From Candidatus Eiseniibacteriota bacterium (lineage in GTDB: Bacteria; Eisenbacteria; RBG-16-71-46), in contig JANMQY010000084.1 in the NCBI GenBank assembly GCA_031370785.1, positions 310 to 64,309 on the forward strand: 64,000 nucleotides of DNA, read 5' to 3'. Both the position numbers and the translations under genes were made by a program. Positions 36,553-46,343 of this stretch are shown here, piece by piece; the first letter of the stretch is position 1, and each line of letters opens with the position of its first letter. The notes below the pieces were generated by a model that did no database searches, had not been told where the DNA came from, and saw only the letters and a program-made list of their open reading frames with translations.

Positions 36553-37305
36553 ATGAATTCCTCCTGCTGGCGCTCCCTGCTCACCGTGTGGATGGCGGCC
36601 TCGGCGCTTGCCGCCCCCTCCGCCCCGGCCCTTTCGACCGAGCTCGACAGCGCCACGTTCAAGATCTACCTCCATGGCCGGCCGCTCGGACGGGAGCTGT
36701 ATCGACTCGAGTCCGGGGGCGACACGCTCACCGTGTATGCGCAGGCCCAGCTCGTACTTCCGGGCCCGGTCACCGGGGACACGCTGATCAAGAGCATGCG
36801 CATGGTTGCGGACGCTTTCGACTTCGACATCCGGCGCTATGAGTCGTTCCAGCGCTTCCGCGGTCAGAAGCTCAATCGGGCGATCATCGCGCGCGACACC
36901 TCGATGGTCGTCTACCGCGAGGTGGAGGGGGCGGGGACCTCGGACACCTATGCGCGCCCGCCCGGGCGCCTGTTCGTGATGGACGGACAGGTCTTCAGCT
37001 CGTTCGAGCTGATGTGCCGCGCGCTGCACGGACGCCAGTTCACCAAACGCCAGATGCACGTATTCGCGTTGAGCGCCCACGACCTGCTCACCGAATTCAC
37101 CGCGACCGATCTGGGGACCGAGGTGCTGCCGTGGGGAGGACGCCCGGTGACGACGCGCAAGCTCGGCATCAGCGATGAGCAGAACCACTACCTGGTCTGG
37201 ATGGGGCCCACCGGGCACATGATCAAACTGGAGATGCCCGAGGGCGGCCTGCGTCTGGATCGCGAGCCGCCGCCGTTCAAGAGGCTGAAGAAGCCGAAGG
37301 CGTAG
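36553..37305 (+). CDS. secreted hypothetical protein
   Basis: signal-peptide-like N-terminus, beta-rich, coding-like codon usage. Confidence 0.7.
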   Translation: MNSSCWRSLLTVWMAASALAAPSAPALSTELDSATFKIYLHGRPLGRELYRLESGGDTLTVYAQAQLVLPGPVTGDTLIKSMRMVADAFDFDIRRYESFQRFRGQKLNRAIIARDTSMVVYREVEGAGTSDTYARPPGRLFVMDGQVFSSFELMCRALHGRQFTKRQMHVFALSAHDLLTEFTATDLGTEVLPWGGRPVTTRKLGISDEQNHYLVWMGPTGHMIKLEMPEGGLRLDREPPPFKRLKKPKA

Positions 37306-38803
37306 CGCGCCGCTGGATCCACTCCAGCAGCAGTCGCACTCCGAATCCGGTCGGCCCGCGTCCCTCGTGCGCACGCTCCGCCGGGATCCACGCGGTGCTC
37401 GCGATATCGAGGTGCGCCCAGGACATGCCGCGCGCGAAGTGACGCAGGAACATCGCGCCGAGGATCGCGCCGCCCTCGCGTGCCGCGGAGTTCACCATGT
37501 CGGCCGTGTCGCTCCGGAGCTCGGGCGCGTATTCGTCCCACAGCGGCATGCGCCACAACCGCTCGCCGGTCACGAGGCCCGCCTGCTCCAGTTCGCGCGC
37601 GAGCCGTTCCTCTGCGGTGAACAGCCCGGCGGCCAGATGCCCGAGCGCGATGCTGATCGCGCCGGTCAGCGTGGCCAGATCCACCACCGCCTCGGCGCCG
37701 AAGCGCCGCGCGTAGCCCAGTGCATCGGCGAGGATGAGCCGGCCCTCGGCGTCGGTGTTGGTGACTTCGATCGTCGTCCCGTCCAGCGCCCGCACCACGT
37801 CGCCGGGCTTGAGCGCGCGCCCGCCCGGCATGTTCTCGGCCGCGGGGATCAGGCCGACGATCCGGAACGGAGTCTCGATCGCGGGCAGCGCGGCGAACAT
37901 CCCGAGCACCGCTGCGGCGCCCGACATGTCGTATTTCATCTTGTGCATGTTCTCGCGCGGCTTGAGCGAGATCCCACCGGTGTCGAAGGTCACGCCCTTG
38001 CCGATCACTACCAGCGTTCGCGGCGCCTTCGCCCCCGCCACACGTCGCGGCTTGCGCTCGAGCACGATGAAGCGCGGCGGGTGGATGCTGCCGCGCCCGA
38101 CGGCGAGCAGCGCGCCCATGCCGAGCCGCTCCATCTGCGGAACATCCAGCACCCGGACGGTCGCGCCCGCCCCTCGCGCGATCTCGCGCGCGCGTGAGGC
38201 GAGGACTTCGGGTGTGAGGTCCTGTCCGGGCGTGGACGCGAGATCCCTCGCCAGGCACACCGCCTCTCCGATGCGCGCACCGCGCGCAACCGCCGCCGCC
38301 AGCGCCTTTGCGTTCCTGGCTTCGCGCTCGATGATCTCCACGCGCCGCAGCGGCGGCGGATCCGGCCGGGTGCGGTACGCGGAGAAGCGGTGGTGTCCGA
38401 GCGCCACGCCCTCGGCGACCGCCTGCGCGAGCTGGTGCGCCTCCGGTCCGCCGCGCATTGCGACAGGAGCGATTGTGGCGAGCACGCCGACGCGCAGATC
38501 TCGAGCGCGGCGGGCGACCAGCGCGAAGGCCTGGCGCGTACGATGCGCGTCGAACACCTTCGGGTCACCGAGCCCGACGACGATCACGCGCTTCGCCCGC
38601 CCGCGCACCGGATGCAGCACCACGCACTCCAGCCAGCGTCCGGAAAAATCTCCGGAGCGAAGCAGCGCCGCGAGCGCGCCGCCGGTCGCGCGATTCACCT
38701 CGGCTGCCGCGCCGGAGAGCCGGCGCTCGTCCTGGAACATGCCGAGCGCGAGCGCGCCAGCCACACGTGCGGCGGGATTGCCACCGCGAATCACGATGTC
38801 CAT
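37277..38803 (-). CDS. pepA: leucyl aminopeptidase (M17)
   Basis: GKGVTFDTGG, MKYDMSG, NTDAEGRL, ATLTGA, HLDIA. Confidence 0.95.
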   Translation of the reverse strand: MDIVIRGGNPAARVAGALALGMFQDERRLSGAAAEVNRATGGALAALLRSGDFSGRWLECVVLHPVRGRAKRVIVVGLGDPKVFDAHRTRQAFALVARRARDLRVGVLATIAPVAMRGGPEAHQLAQAVAEGVALGHHRFSAYRTRPDPPPLRRVEIIEREARNAKALAAAVARGARIGEAVCLARDLASTPGQDLTPEVLASRAREIARGAGATVRVLDVPQMERLGMGALLAVGRGSIHPPRFIVLERKPRRVAGAKAPRTLVVIGKGVTFDTGGISLKPRENMHKMKYDMSGAAAVLGMFAALPAIETPFRIVGLIPAAENMPGGRALKPGDVVRALDGTTIEVTNTDAEGRLILADALGYARRFGAEAVVDLATLTGAISIALGHLAAGLFTAEERLARELEQAGLVTGERLWRMPLWDEYAPELRSDTADMVNSAAREGGAILGAMFLRHFARGMSWAHLDIASTAWIPAERAHEGRGPTGFGVRLLLEWIQRRATPSASSAS

Positions 38804-38922
38804 GGGTCTCCTGCGACGTGAGGGTCATGCGAATCGAGCCGCTCGGGAGACTAGCGCAACTGCCTGTGCGCTCGACAGGATGCAGGGAATGGGGAATGCC
38901 GCTTGCCTGACGACGTATGGCG

Positions 38923-38938
38923 CTGGCATGCTTCCCGC
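38923..38938 (+). promoter_or_regulatory. sigma54 promoter candidate
   Basis: CTGGCATGCTTCCCGC GG-N10-GC; weak -12. Confidence 0.35.
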
Positions 38939-39041
38939 GTCCCAACCTCGAACACGAGCGTGAAGCGAGAGGCATCACGCCGTCGACTGCGCTCCGACAG
39001 AACAGGCGCGCGGTCTGCGGCACAACGAAGGAGATTCCCTC

Positions 39042-39821
39042 ATGAAGCGAATCTGGACCCTCGCGGCAGCGGCCGCGATTGCAGTGGCGTTGTTCACCGG
39101 CTGTTCGAAGAAGGCGGACGAAGCGACGACCAGCGCCGACAGTCTGCTCTCCCCCAGCCCGGTCGAGCAGCCTCAGGGCGATCTGACACCGCAGACCGCG
39201 TATCAGTCTCCGCAGACCCAGGCTCCTCCAACCACAACCCCGAAAGCCAGGCCGAAGACGTCGGGTGGCGGTAACGCGCCGTCGAGCACCCCGAGGGCTC
39301 CGGCCAACCCGGGCGTCACGATTCCCGTCGGCACCGGCGTCTCGGTCGCGGTCGATGCACAGCTCTCCTCGGAGACCGCTCACGAGGGTGACACCTGGAC
39401 CGGCACGGTGAATGAGCCGGTGGTCGTCGGCAGCGCCGCACCCATTCAGGCGGGAAGCACCGTGCATGGCGTCATCGTCGGCGTGCATCCGGCGCAGAAG
39501 GGCACGCGCGCCTACCTCGTGCTGGCGATCACCTCGGTCGATGTGAATGGCCATGCGGTGGGCCTGCACGCGACCGCGGACAGCATCATCGCGGGCTCGA
39601 CCCGTACCCGGAACCTGGGCTCGATCGCGGGCGGCGCCGCTGCCGGTGCGATCATCGGCAAGGCGGTGGGCGGCGGCGGCAAGGGCGCGGTGATTGGCGG
39701 GCTGCTCGGCGCCGGCGCGGCCACCGGCGCGGTCGCGGCCTCCAAGGGCTATCAGGCGACACTGAAGGAAGGCTCGGTGCTGGTCTTCCGTGTGGACCGG
39801 AGCACTTTCATTCGCACCTGA
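39042..39821 (+). CDS. lipoprotein with P/T-rich linker and glycine-zipper domain
   Basis: lipobox LFTG-C; IPVGT..LSSETAHEGD; GGAAAGAIIG..GAVIGGLLGAG. Confidence 0.85.
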   Translation: MKRIWTLAAAAAIAVALFTGCSKKADEATTSADSLLSPSPVEQPQGDLTPQTAYQSPQTQAPPTTTPKARPKTSGGGNAPSSTPRAPANPGVTIPVGTGVSVAVDAQLSSETAHEGDTWTGTVNEPVVVGSAAPIQAGSTVHGVIVGVHPAQKGTRAYLVLAITSVDVNGHAVGLHATADSIIAGSTRTRNLGSIAGGAAAGAIIGKAVGGGGKGAVIGGLLGAGAATGAVAASKGYQATLKEGSVLVFRVDRSTFIRT

Positions 39822-39836
39822 TCGATAGCGTTGGTT

Positions 39837-39872
39837 CGAAACGGGCGGAGGGAACATCCTCCGCCCGTTTCG
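39837..39872 (+). terminator. intrinsic terminator
   Basis: CGAAACGGGCGGAGG/CCTCCGCCCGTTTCG inverted repeat. Confidence 0.75.
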
Positions 39873-40072
39873 CTTTGGGCGCTCGCGCGTTCCTCGATCT
39901 CCTTCGCCGCAAACATCGGGCCGCCTCTATCGGACCCGGTGCACACTTCCTCGAGGCGGCGGTGCCCCGCATCGAGCACCCATGACGCGCGCCTGACCCG
40001 GCGAGGACACCGCAAGCGCGACTCACCGCATACGCCTCCTTGCGGCGCAACGGCTTTGGGGCCCGCTTCCAG

Positions 40073-40088
40073 TGGCATGGGCTCTGCT
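40073..40088 (+). promoter_or_regulatory. sigma54 promoter
   Basis: TGGCATGGGCTCTGCT GG-N10-GC, about 70 nt before ATG 40160. Confidence 0.6.
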
Positions 40089-40159
40089 CTCCATGGCTTC
40101 ACCCGGGCCCTGAACGTCCTGCCGCGTGCCCCTCGGTCGCGGCCCCAAGGAGGAGTTCC

Positions 40160-41143
40160 ATGCGTCTCAAGTCGGTCCTTTCTTTCTCGCCCCTGCTCGC
40201 CGTCCTGATCGTGCTCGCGAGCGGGTGCGGCAATAACCAGAACAAGGTGATCGCACCCGGCGGATCGACGTCGCCGGGCGGCGGCGCCGCCATGGAGCAG
40301 GCTCAGATCTCGAGCGCGATGGCGCGGACCCCCGAGCTGATCGAAGACGGCCTCTCGGAGAGCGCAGAGGAGGCCGCGCTGGGCGCCGACGGGCCCGCGG
40401 GCGGCGCCGCGCTGCTCCATCCGCTCCACTATTGGCGCCGCATCGACAGCGTGAACCGGACCTTCGACTTCGCTTTCTCCGACTCGGATTCGACCGGCCG
40501 CCCGACCCGGGCGCTGGTCACGATCCGCAAGGTGCTGCGCGGCTCGTTCAACATCCTGAACGATGACGCTCCCCGGGATTCCGTGCGGCCCGACACTTCG
40601 ACCACGCACGTGGTGCGCAAGCGCCTCGCCGACCTGTGGGAGCGTCACGTGCTCCTGCGCCGCGTGCGCTCGACCGGAGATCCGGCCCGCACCGAGTGGA
40701 AGGTGGCTGCGGTCTCCGGGGTCAAGATCACCTCGTTCCATGGCGACGACGCCCGGCCCGCTTTCGGAGTGACCCGGGTGGTGAAGTTGCGCATCCAGTC
40801 GGCGAGCGGGGATACCGTGATCAACGATCCGCTCGCGCTGTTCCGGCTGCGCACCATTCCCGGCTTCCATGCGGGCGAGGACGTGACGCTGACCGCGACC
40901 ACGCTCCGCAACGACGACGTGGTGGTGCTGATCCGCGCGACTGATCGCCGGCGCTTTCACAACAACGGCGACAATACCTACACGATCTTCTGGCGCGCTT
41001 CCCCTGAGACTGGCGCGCACCATGTGGGGGTGAACGCCCTGTCGCGCGGCACGCTGTTCGACGACGGGGCGCCGTACGACTCTCAGTCCTGGCTGTTCCC
41101 CTACCTGGTCAGGCCCGACGAGCTGCCGGAGCTGATGCCGTAG
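40160..41143 (+). CDS. lipoprotein of unknown function
   Basis: AAGGAGG RBS; lipobox LASG-C. Confidence 0.8.
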   Translation: MRLKSVLSFSPLLAVLIVLASGCGNNQNKVIAPGGSTSPGGGAAMEQAQISSAMARTPELIEDGLSESAEEAALGADGPAGGAALLHPLHYWRRIDSVNRTFDFAFSDSDSTGRPTRALVTIRKVLRGSFNILNDDAPRDSVRPDTSTTHVVRKRLADLWERHVLLRRVRSTGDPARTEWKVAAVSGVKITSFHGDDARPAFGVTRVVKLRIQSASGDTVINDPLALFRLRTIPGFHAGEDVTLTATTLRNDDVVVLIRATDRRRFHNNGDNTYTIFWRASPETGAHHVGVNALSRGTLFDDGAPYDSQSWLFPYLVRPDELPELMP

Positions 41144-41257
41144 GCGTACACGCCAACGCGTGTCGAGAAACCATCGGCGATGCGAGACGGGCGGCCTGCC
41201 GCGAGGCAGACCGCCCGTTGCATTGACGCGATCGCACGCGGCGAGGCTTGCCCAGGA

Positions 41258-41773
41258 TTACTCTTCGAGATGATCCGAAGGTCGGGGATCGCGAAACAGC
41301 TTGGCCCACTCCTCGAGCTCGCTCTTGCTGATCGCGGCAGGCTTCTCGATCTCCTCGGCCTCGCCGCCCGCCGAGCGCGGGCCGAGTGTGCTCGCGAGGA
41401 AGAGATCGGCGAGCGCGATGTCGGCCCCGGCCGCGCGCGCATGGCGTGCGACTTCGAGGTCCGAGGTGACTACGGTGAGGCGCTCCACCCGATCGATCCT
41501 CTCTTCCACGATGGTGCGGATCAGATCGTCGGCTTTCTCGGGAGGTTTCGAGAAGCGCACGTCGACGCGCGAGCTTCCACTGACGCGGGCGCCGCCTTCG
41601 TCCGCGCCGTCGAACACCACCACGAACTGCGCGTCTCCGGTGCCAACTGCCCAGGACAGCAGGTTGACCAGCTTCTCACGCGACTGACGCAGCGAGCGTC
41701 CGGGTCCGGGTTTTAGCTGTGGTGTGCGCAGGATGATGTTGTAGCCATCCACCACGATCAGGCGATCCGACAA
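41258..41773 (-). CDS. NYN (YacP/Rae1-like) domain ribonuclease
   Basis: LIVVDGYN, VVFDG, ADDLI, VVTSD; TTG start after GGAGGAG. Confidence 0.85.
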   Translation of the reverse strand: MSDRLIVVDGYNIILRTPQLKPGPGRSLRQSREKLVNLLSWAVGTGDAQFVVVFDGADEGGARVSGSSRVDVRFSKPPEKADDLIRTIVEERIDRVERLTVVTSDLEVARHARAAGADIALADLFLASTLGPRSAGGEAEEIEKPAAISKSELEEWAKLFRDPRPSDHLEE

Positions 41774-41882
41774 CGGCGCTCCTCCGCTCGGGCGAGGACT
41801 ACGGGGACAGCGGCCTGCGCCTCGAACGGGGCGGCGCACCGGCCATGAGGCCGATGCGCCGCAGTCTAGCATGCGCGCAGGA

Positions 41883-43154
41883 TCAGGGCTTTCCGCCGCG
41901 CGCGGTATGAATGATCGCGCCGCTGTTGCCCACCGCCCAGCCGTGAAGCGCATCGGTGAAGAACACGCTGTTGAGGTGGAACTGCGTGTTCGCGGTCTGC
42001 GGCTCCCAGCTGAGACCGCCATCGTCGGTGCGCAGCACCGCGCCTGATCCGCCGCTGTTGAGTCCAACGATGTAGCCGATCGCGTCGGTGGGATAGTTCA
42101 CGTCCTCGAGCGTGAGCGTCGAGCCCGCGTTCTGAAGCTCCCACGCGGTCGAGTCGGTAGTCACTATGGTGCGAGGCGCGACGCCGAGGCCGCCGACCGC
42201 CCAGGCCAGGGTCGAGCTGCGCCGCCAGACACCGTGGAGCGACTGCGCAGTGAGCGACGGCTGAACCACGAACCAGGTGAGTCCGCGGTCGTGCGTGCCG
42301 ATGATGACGCCCGCATCGCCTACCGCCCACCCGTCGCGCGTGCCGCTGAACGCCACGCTGTGCAGGGTCGAAGCAGTCGGATGGAGTCTGGTCCAGGTCC
42401 CGCCCCGATCGAACGTGCGCAGGACGGCGCCGCTCGAGCCCACCGCCCAGCCGGTGTCGCGCGTGGCAAAGATGACGTCCTGCAGGTTTTCGCTCGCCCC
42501 CGGGGACACGGGCGTCCAGGAGTTGCCGCCGTTGAGCGTGTGCAGGACCGTCGCATTGTTACCCACTGCCCAGCCTTCGGTCGCGCTCGTGAACCACACC
42601 GACTGAAGGTTGAATGCGGTGTTGCTGGTCTGGGTTGCCCACGTCTTTCCGGCGTCCGAGGTCTTGACGACGCGTCCGCCGTCACCCACCGCCCATCCGG
42701 TGCGGCCATCGGTGTGGAAGAAAACGCCGTTGAGATTCGAGCTGGTGTTGCTGGTCTGCGTGTACCACCCGGACCGGGTGTACACCGAGACGATGGCGGT
42801 GTCGCGCTTGCCGCCGGCTTCGGCGATGATCAGCGTGACGCCCTCACCCACTCCCGCCACGCGCCCGGTCGAGCTGACCGTCGCGACCGCGGAATTCGTG
42901 GCGCTCCACGAGAACGACGCGCTTCCGACCAGGGCACCCAGCGTGTCGAGTGCGGCCGCATTGAACTGCGCGTTCTGGCCGACCTGCAGCGTATCCGTGG
43001 CCGGAGTCACGACGACCGCAGAAAGCGGCGGCAGCGGGATCACCGGGGCCGCGGGGTTGGTGGTGCTGCAACCCGACACCAGCGACACGGCGATCAGCGC
43101 GGGAAGCGTGCGGGAAGCGCGCACAGTCCACCGGAGGAAAGCGCCAGATTTCAT
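41883..43154 (-). CDS. lipoprotein with Ig-like domain and YCF48/BNR beta-propeller
   Basis: lipobox VSG-C; WSATNSAVATVSSTG; repeated GWAVG..T.DGG.TW. Confidence 0.88.
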   Translation of the reverse strand: MKSGAFLRWTVRASRTLPALIAVSLVSGCSTTNPAAPVIPLPPLSAVVVTPATDTLQVGQNAQFNAAALDTLGALVGSASFSWSATNSAVATVSSTGRVAGVGEGVTLIIAEAGGKRDTAIVSVYTRSGWYTQTSNTSSNLNGVFFHTDGRTGWAVGDGGRVVKTSDAGKTWATQTSNTAFNLQSVWFTSATEGWAVGNNATVLHTLNGGNSWTPVSPGASENLQDVIFATRDTGWAVGSSGAVLRTFDRGGTWTRLHPTASTLHSVAFSGTRDGWAVGDAGVIIGTHDRGLTWFVVQPSLTAQSLHGVWRRSSTLAWAVGGLGVAPRTIVTTDSTAWELQNAGSTLTLEDVNYPTDAIGYIVGLNSGGSGAVLRTDDGGLSWEPQTANTQFHLNSVFFTDALHGWAVGNSGAIIHTARGGKP

Positions 43155-43477
43155 GGGCACCCGAATGGTTGGAGGAATGGGCAGGCGGTCGAGCATGGAG
43201 CGGGCGGGGAGGCGAGCCTCCTTAGCCCAACAGGACTCGTGCAATTCTAAGGCCAAATGGCTGTGGTGAGAGAGGGTCAAGTTAGCGCTCGGCCGTGGCG
43301 TTCGCTTACCCATCGACGCGGGAATTGCCCGGACCAGCATCTTTTTCCGGGCGGTTTCGCCCGATCGATACGCCGCCTTGAGGAAGGCTGGACGTTCTTC
43401 TAGTCTGCGCCATCCGTGCGCCACCACGCTTACCGCCCGATCGGGCCGCGCGTGGCCGGCGAAGAAACGAGGGGCCG

Positions 43478-44431
43478 ATGCTCGAAGTTCGCGACGTCAC
43501 GAAGAGCTACGACGGGCGGGCGGTGGTCAACAGCGTGTCGTTCGAAGTGCAGCCGGGCGAAATCTTCGCGCTCCTCGGCCCGAACGGCGCGGGCAAGACC
43601 ACCCTGATCCGCATGATCACCGACATCCTCAAGCCCGACTCCGGCAGCATCATGCTTGGAGGCAGCCCGGTCGGCGGCGATCAGCGCGCGCTCGTTTCCT
43701 ATCTTCCCGAGGAGCGCGGCGTCTACAAGCGCGCGCGCCTAGTGGACGTGCTGGCCTACTTCGGCGAGCTCAAGGGCATGAAGTCGCCCGACGCGCGGGC
43801 GACGGCGATGAGGCTCCTCGAGAAGGTGGAGCTGGCGGGACACGCGCAGAAGCAGGTGCAGACGCTCTCCAAGGGCATGCAACAGAAGGTTCAGCTGTGC
43901 ACCGCGCTGATCGGGGATCCCAGGCTGCTCATTCTCGACGAGCCCTTCACCGGCCTCGATCCCATCAACGTTCAGCTGTTCGAGCGGGTGCTCCAGGAGC
44001 GCCGCGCGGCGGGGACGACCATCCTGCTTTCGACCCACCAGATGAACAAGGTCGAGCAGCTGTGCGACCGCGCGCTGATGATCAATCGCGGCCATATGGT
44101 GCTGTACGGGTCGGTCCGGGAGATCCGCCGGCGCCACTCCGGCCACGCGGTGGTGGTGAGCGGAGGAGCGGTGCCCGACGGCGTCCCCGGCGTGAGCCGC
44201 GTGGCCAAGGTGAACGAAGGCCATCTGCTCACTCTCGAACCCACCGCCACCCCCGAGGGCGTGCTGCGCGCACTGCTGGAGCGCGGCATGAGCCTGCGCT
44301 CGTTCGCGCTGGATGAGCCGCCGCTCGAGGACATCTTCGTGAAAGTGGTGACCGAGGGACTGGGCCTCGACCGCGGCCAGAGCGGGCCACCGACCGTCGA
44401 TGAGCTCATGGCCAGCGGGAGCGCGCGATGA
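43478..44431 (+). CDS. ABC transporter ATP-binding protein (NatA/YhaQ-like)
   Basis: GPNGAGKT, YLPEERG, LSKGMQQK, ILDEPFTGLDP. Confidence 0.95.
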   Translation: MLEVRDVTKSYDGRAVVNSVSFEVQPGEIFALLGPNGAGKTTLIRMITDILKPDSGSIMLGGSPVGGDQRALVSYLPEERGVYKRARLVDVLAYFGELKGMKSPDARATAMRLLEKVELAGHAQKQVQTLSKGMQQKVQLCTALIGDPRLLILDEPFTGLDPINVQLFERVLQERRAAGTTILLSTHQMNKVEQLCDRALMINRGHMVLYGSVREIRRRHSGHAVVVSGGAVPDGVPGVSRVAKVNEGHLLTLEPTATPEGVLRALLERGMSLRSFALDEPPLEDIFVKVVTEGLGLDRGQSGPPTVDELMASGSAR

Positions 44432-45723
44432 GCTTCTCTCTCGCGCGCGGCATGATCATCGCCCGTCGCGAGTATCTGTCGACGATCCGGCGCAAGGCAT
44501 TCGTGTTCAGCCTGCTGCTCACGCCGATGGTGTTCGGACTGGTGACGGCGATCCAGGTGTTGACCGCTTCGGACGAGGCCAAGCAGGCACTCAAGATCGG
44601 CTCGATCGCGGTCGTCGATTCCGCGGGCCTGCTCGGATCGGCACCCCGCAAGTTCGAGACCGAAGTGCTCAACAAGGACGACGCGACACGCCGGCTCAAG
44701 GCAAAGGCCGAACCCAAGCGCGTGCCGACCACCATCGAGTTCTTCCCGGATCAGGTTTCCGCGCTGGCCGCGCTCAAGAGTGGACGCGTCAGCCAGGTGC
44801 TGGTGGTGCCGCCCGACTACCTGGCGCGGGGCCAGCTGCGACGCTTCAAGCTCTCGAACAACCTGTTCTCATCGAGCGACGAGCGTGCGGTGGGTCGCTG
44901 GCTGGCAAGGAGCCTGGTCGCGAACGCAGTGGATTCGGTACGCGCCGACCGCGCCTCGCGCCCCTTGAGTGGCATCCAGCTGTTCACGCCGACCAAGAGC
45001 GGCGAGTACGAACTCCACGACGAGAGTCGCGAGCTGATCGACTTCTTCGTGCCGTTCGGAATGGGCCTGCTGCTCAGCATCGCGATCGTCACCGGCGGTC
45101 AGTACCTGCTTCAGGGCGTGAGCGAAGAGAAGGAGTCGCGCATTCTGGAATCCCTTCTTTGCACCGTGACCTCCGAGGAGCTCATGTTCGGCAAGCTGGT
45201 CGGTCTCGGCGGCGCCGGGCTCACGCTGGTCGCGGCATGGACGCTGATGGGCTCCTACTTCGTCGCACCCCTGGCAATGGCCGGGAAATTCCACATGTCT
45301 CCACTGCTGCTCGCATTCGGCGTCCTCTACTTCATGCTCGGCTACCTTTTCTACGCCAGCCTGATGACCGGGATCGGCGCGATCGCAACCAATCTGCGCG
45401 AGGCGAACCAGATGGCGATCCTGTTCACGTTCGCGAATTTTGTCCCGTTCTACATGCTCCCGAAGATCATCGGGCACCCGGACTCCGGGCTCGCGGTGGC
45501 CCTGTCCTTGTTCCCACTCACCGCGCCCACCAGCATGCTCATGCGCCTCGCAGCGACGGACGTGGGCGTGCCGGCATGGCAGATCGGAGCCTCTCTCGCG
45601 CTGCTCGCGGGCGCGGCATGGCTGGCGGTGGTGATCTCGGCCCGCGTGTTCCGCATCGGACTGCTCATGTACGGGAAGAGCCCGACACTTCCCGAGATCA
45701 TCCGCTGGGCCCGCCAGGGCTGA
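44428..45723 (+). CDS. ABC-2 permease (NatB/YhaP-like)
   Basis: IARREY, EEKESRILESLL, LMFGKLVG, GLLMYGKSP. Confidence 0.92.
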   Translation: MSFSLARGMIIARREYLSTIRRKAFVFSLLLTPMVFGLVTAIQVLTASDEAKQALKIGSIAVVDSAGLLGSAPRKFETEVLNKDDATRRLKAKAEPKRVPTTIEFFPDQVSALAALKSGRVSQVLVVPPDYLARGQLRRFKLSNNLFSSSDERAVGRWLARSLVANAVDSVRADRASRPLSGIQLFTPTKSGEYELHDESRELIDFFVPFGMGLLLSIAIVTGGQYLLQGVSEEKESRILESLLCTVTSEELMFGKLVGLGGAGLTLVAAWTLMGSYFVAPLAMAGKFHMSPLLLAFGVLYFMLGYLFYASLMTGIGAIATNLREANQMAILFTFANFVPFYMLPKIIGHPDSGLAVALSLFPLTAPTSMLMRLAATDVGVPAWQIGASLALLAGAAWLAVVISARVFRIGLLMYGKSPTLPEIIRWARQG

Positions 45724-46145
45724 GCGGGCCGCCCCAGAGCTTCATCCCGGGCGCTTTGGCCGCAGCGCCCCACGACACCAGCCTGACCTCGGGCGCCCGG
45801 CAGCCTTCTCCAGTGCTGGGGGGACGGCCGCTGGTACCCCAGGCGGGGACTGGCGGGCACGCTCGGGAGCCTGAGCCAGCCTCCCGTCGACACTGCACAT
45901 ACGTGCCAAAGCGGGCGCTTTCGGTTCAGCGGTGTGGCAGAACGCCTCACTCTTGTTGCGTCGAACACGCCCATGCCTCATCGAAAATTCCGCTTGGCTC
46001 CCGACCCCCCTGTTGCGACAATTACTTACGCGTAGCGACAGGCCCCACTCCCCAAGGAACGGGACTTGCGTAACTACGACACGGCCGCCGGACGAGATCC
46101 GGCAGCAACAAATCATCAAGAGCACGACGGCGCACAGTAAAGATT

Positions 46146-46294
46146 GGGTCCCGAGAGACCCCTGGCGCTGACACGGAATGGAGTCGGATCGCCCCGCACC
46201 AAGGCTGGGGACGGTCCGTTCCCTCTTGAGCGCGGACGCACGATCGTTCGCGACTAACGGGATCGCCCGGTCACAAGGCCGGGCGCTTTCGTTT
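46146..46294 (+). ncRNA. candidate structured small RNA ending in intrinsic terminator
   Basis: nested pairings (CGGATCG/CGGTCCG, GCGCT/AGCGC, GTCCCG/CGGGAT) and terminator 46264-46294; no family recognised. Confidence 0.3.
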
Positions 46295-46305
46295 CCCCCC
46301 CACGC

Positions 46306-46334
46306 TTGCACGCTCTCGCGCGAAGTTTCACAAT
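46306..46334 (+). promoter_or_regulatory. sigma70 promoter of nadE (near-leaderless)
   Basis: TTGCAC-17nt-CACAAT, ATG 9 nt later. Confidence 0.5.
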
Positions 46335-46343
46335 CGGCGCCCC

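Noticed and set aside
41883-42780. Periodic DNA repeats resembling an array
   Set aside because: Explained by coding GWAVG/BNR propeller repeats; not CRISPR.
45894-45909. Minus-strand TTGGCACGTATGTGCA as a sigma54 promoter
   Set aside because: GG-to-GC spacing is 9 nt, not the required 10, and there is no clear downstream gene; it might still be an operator.
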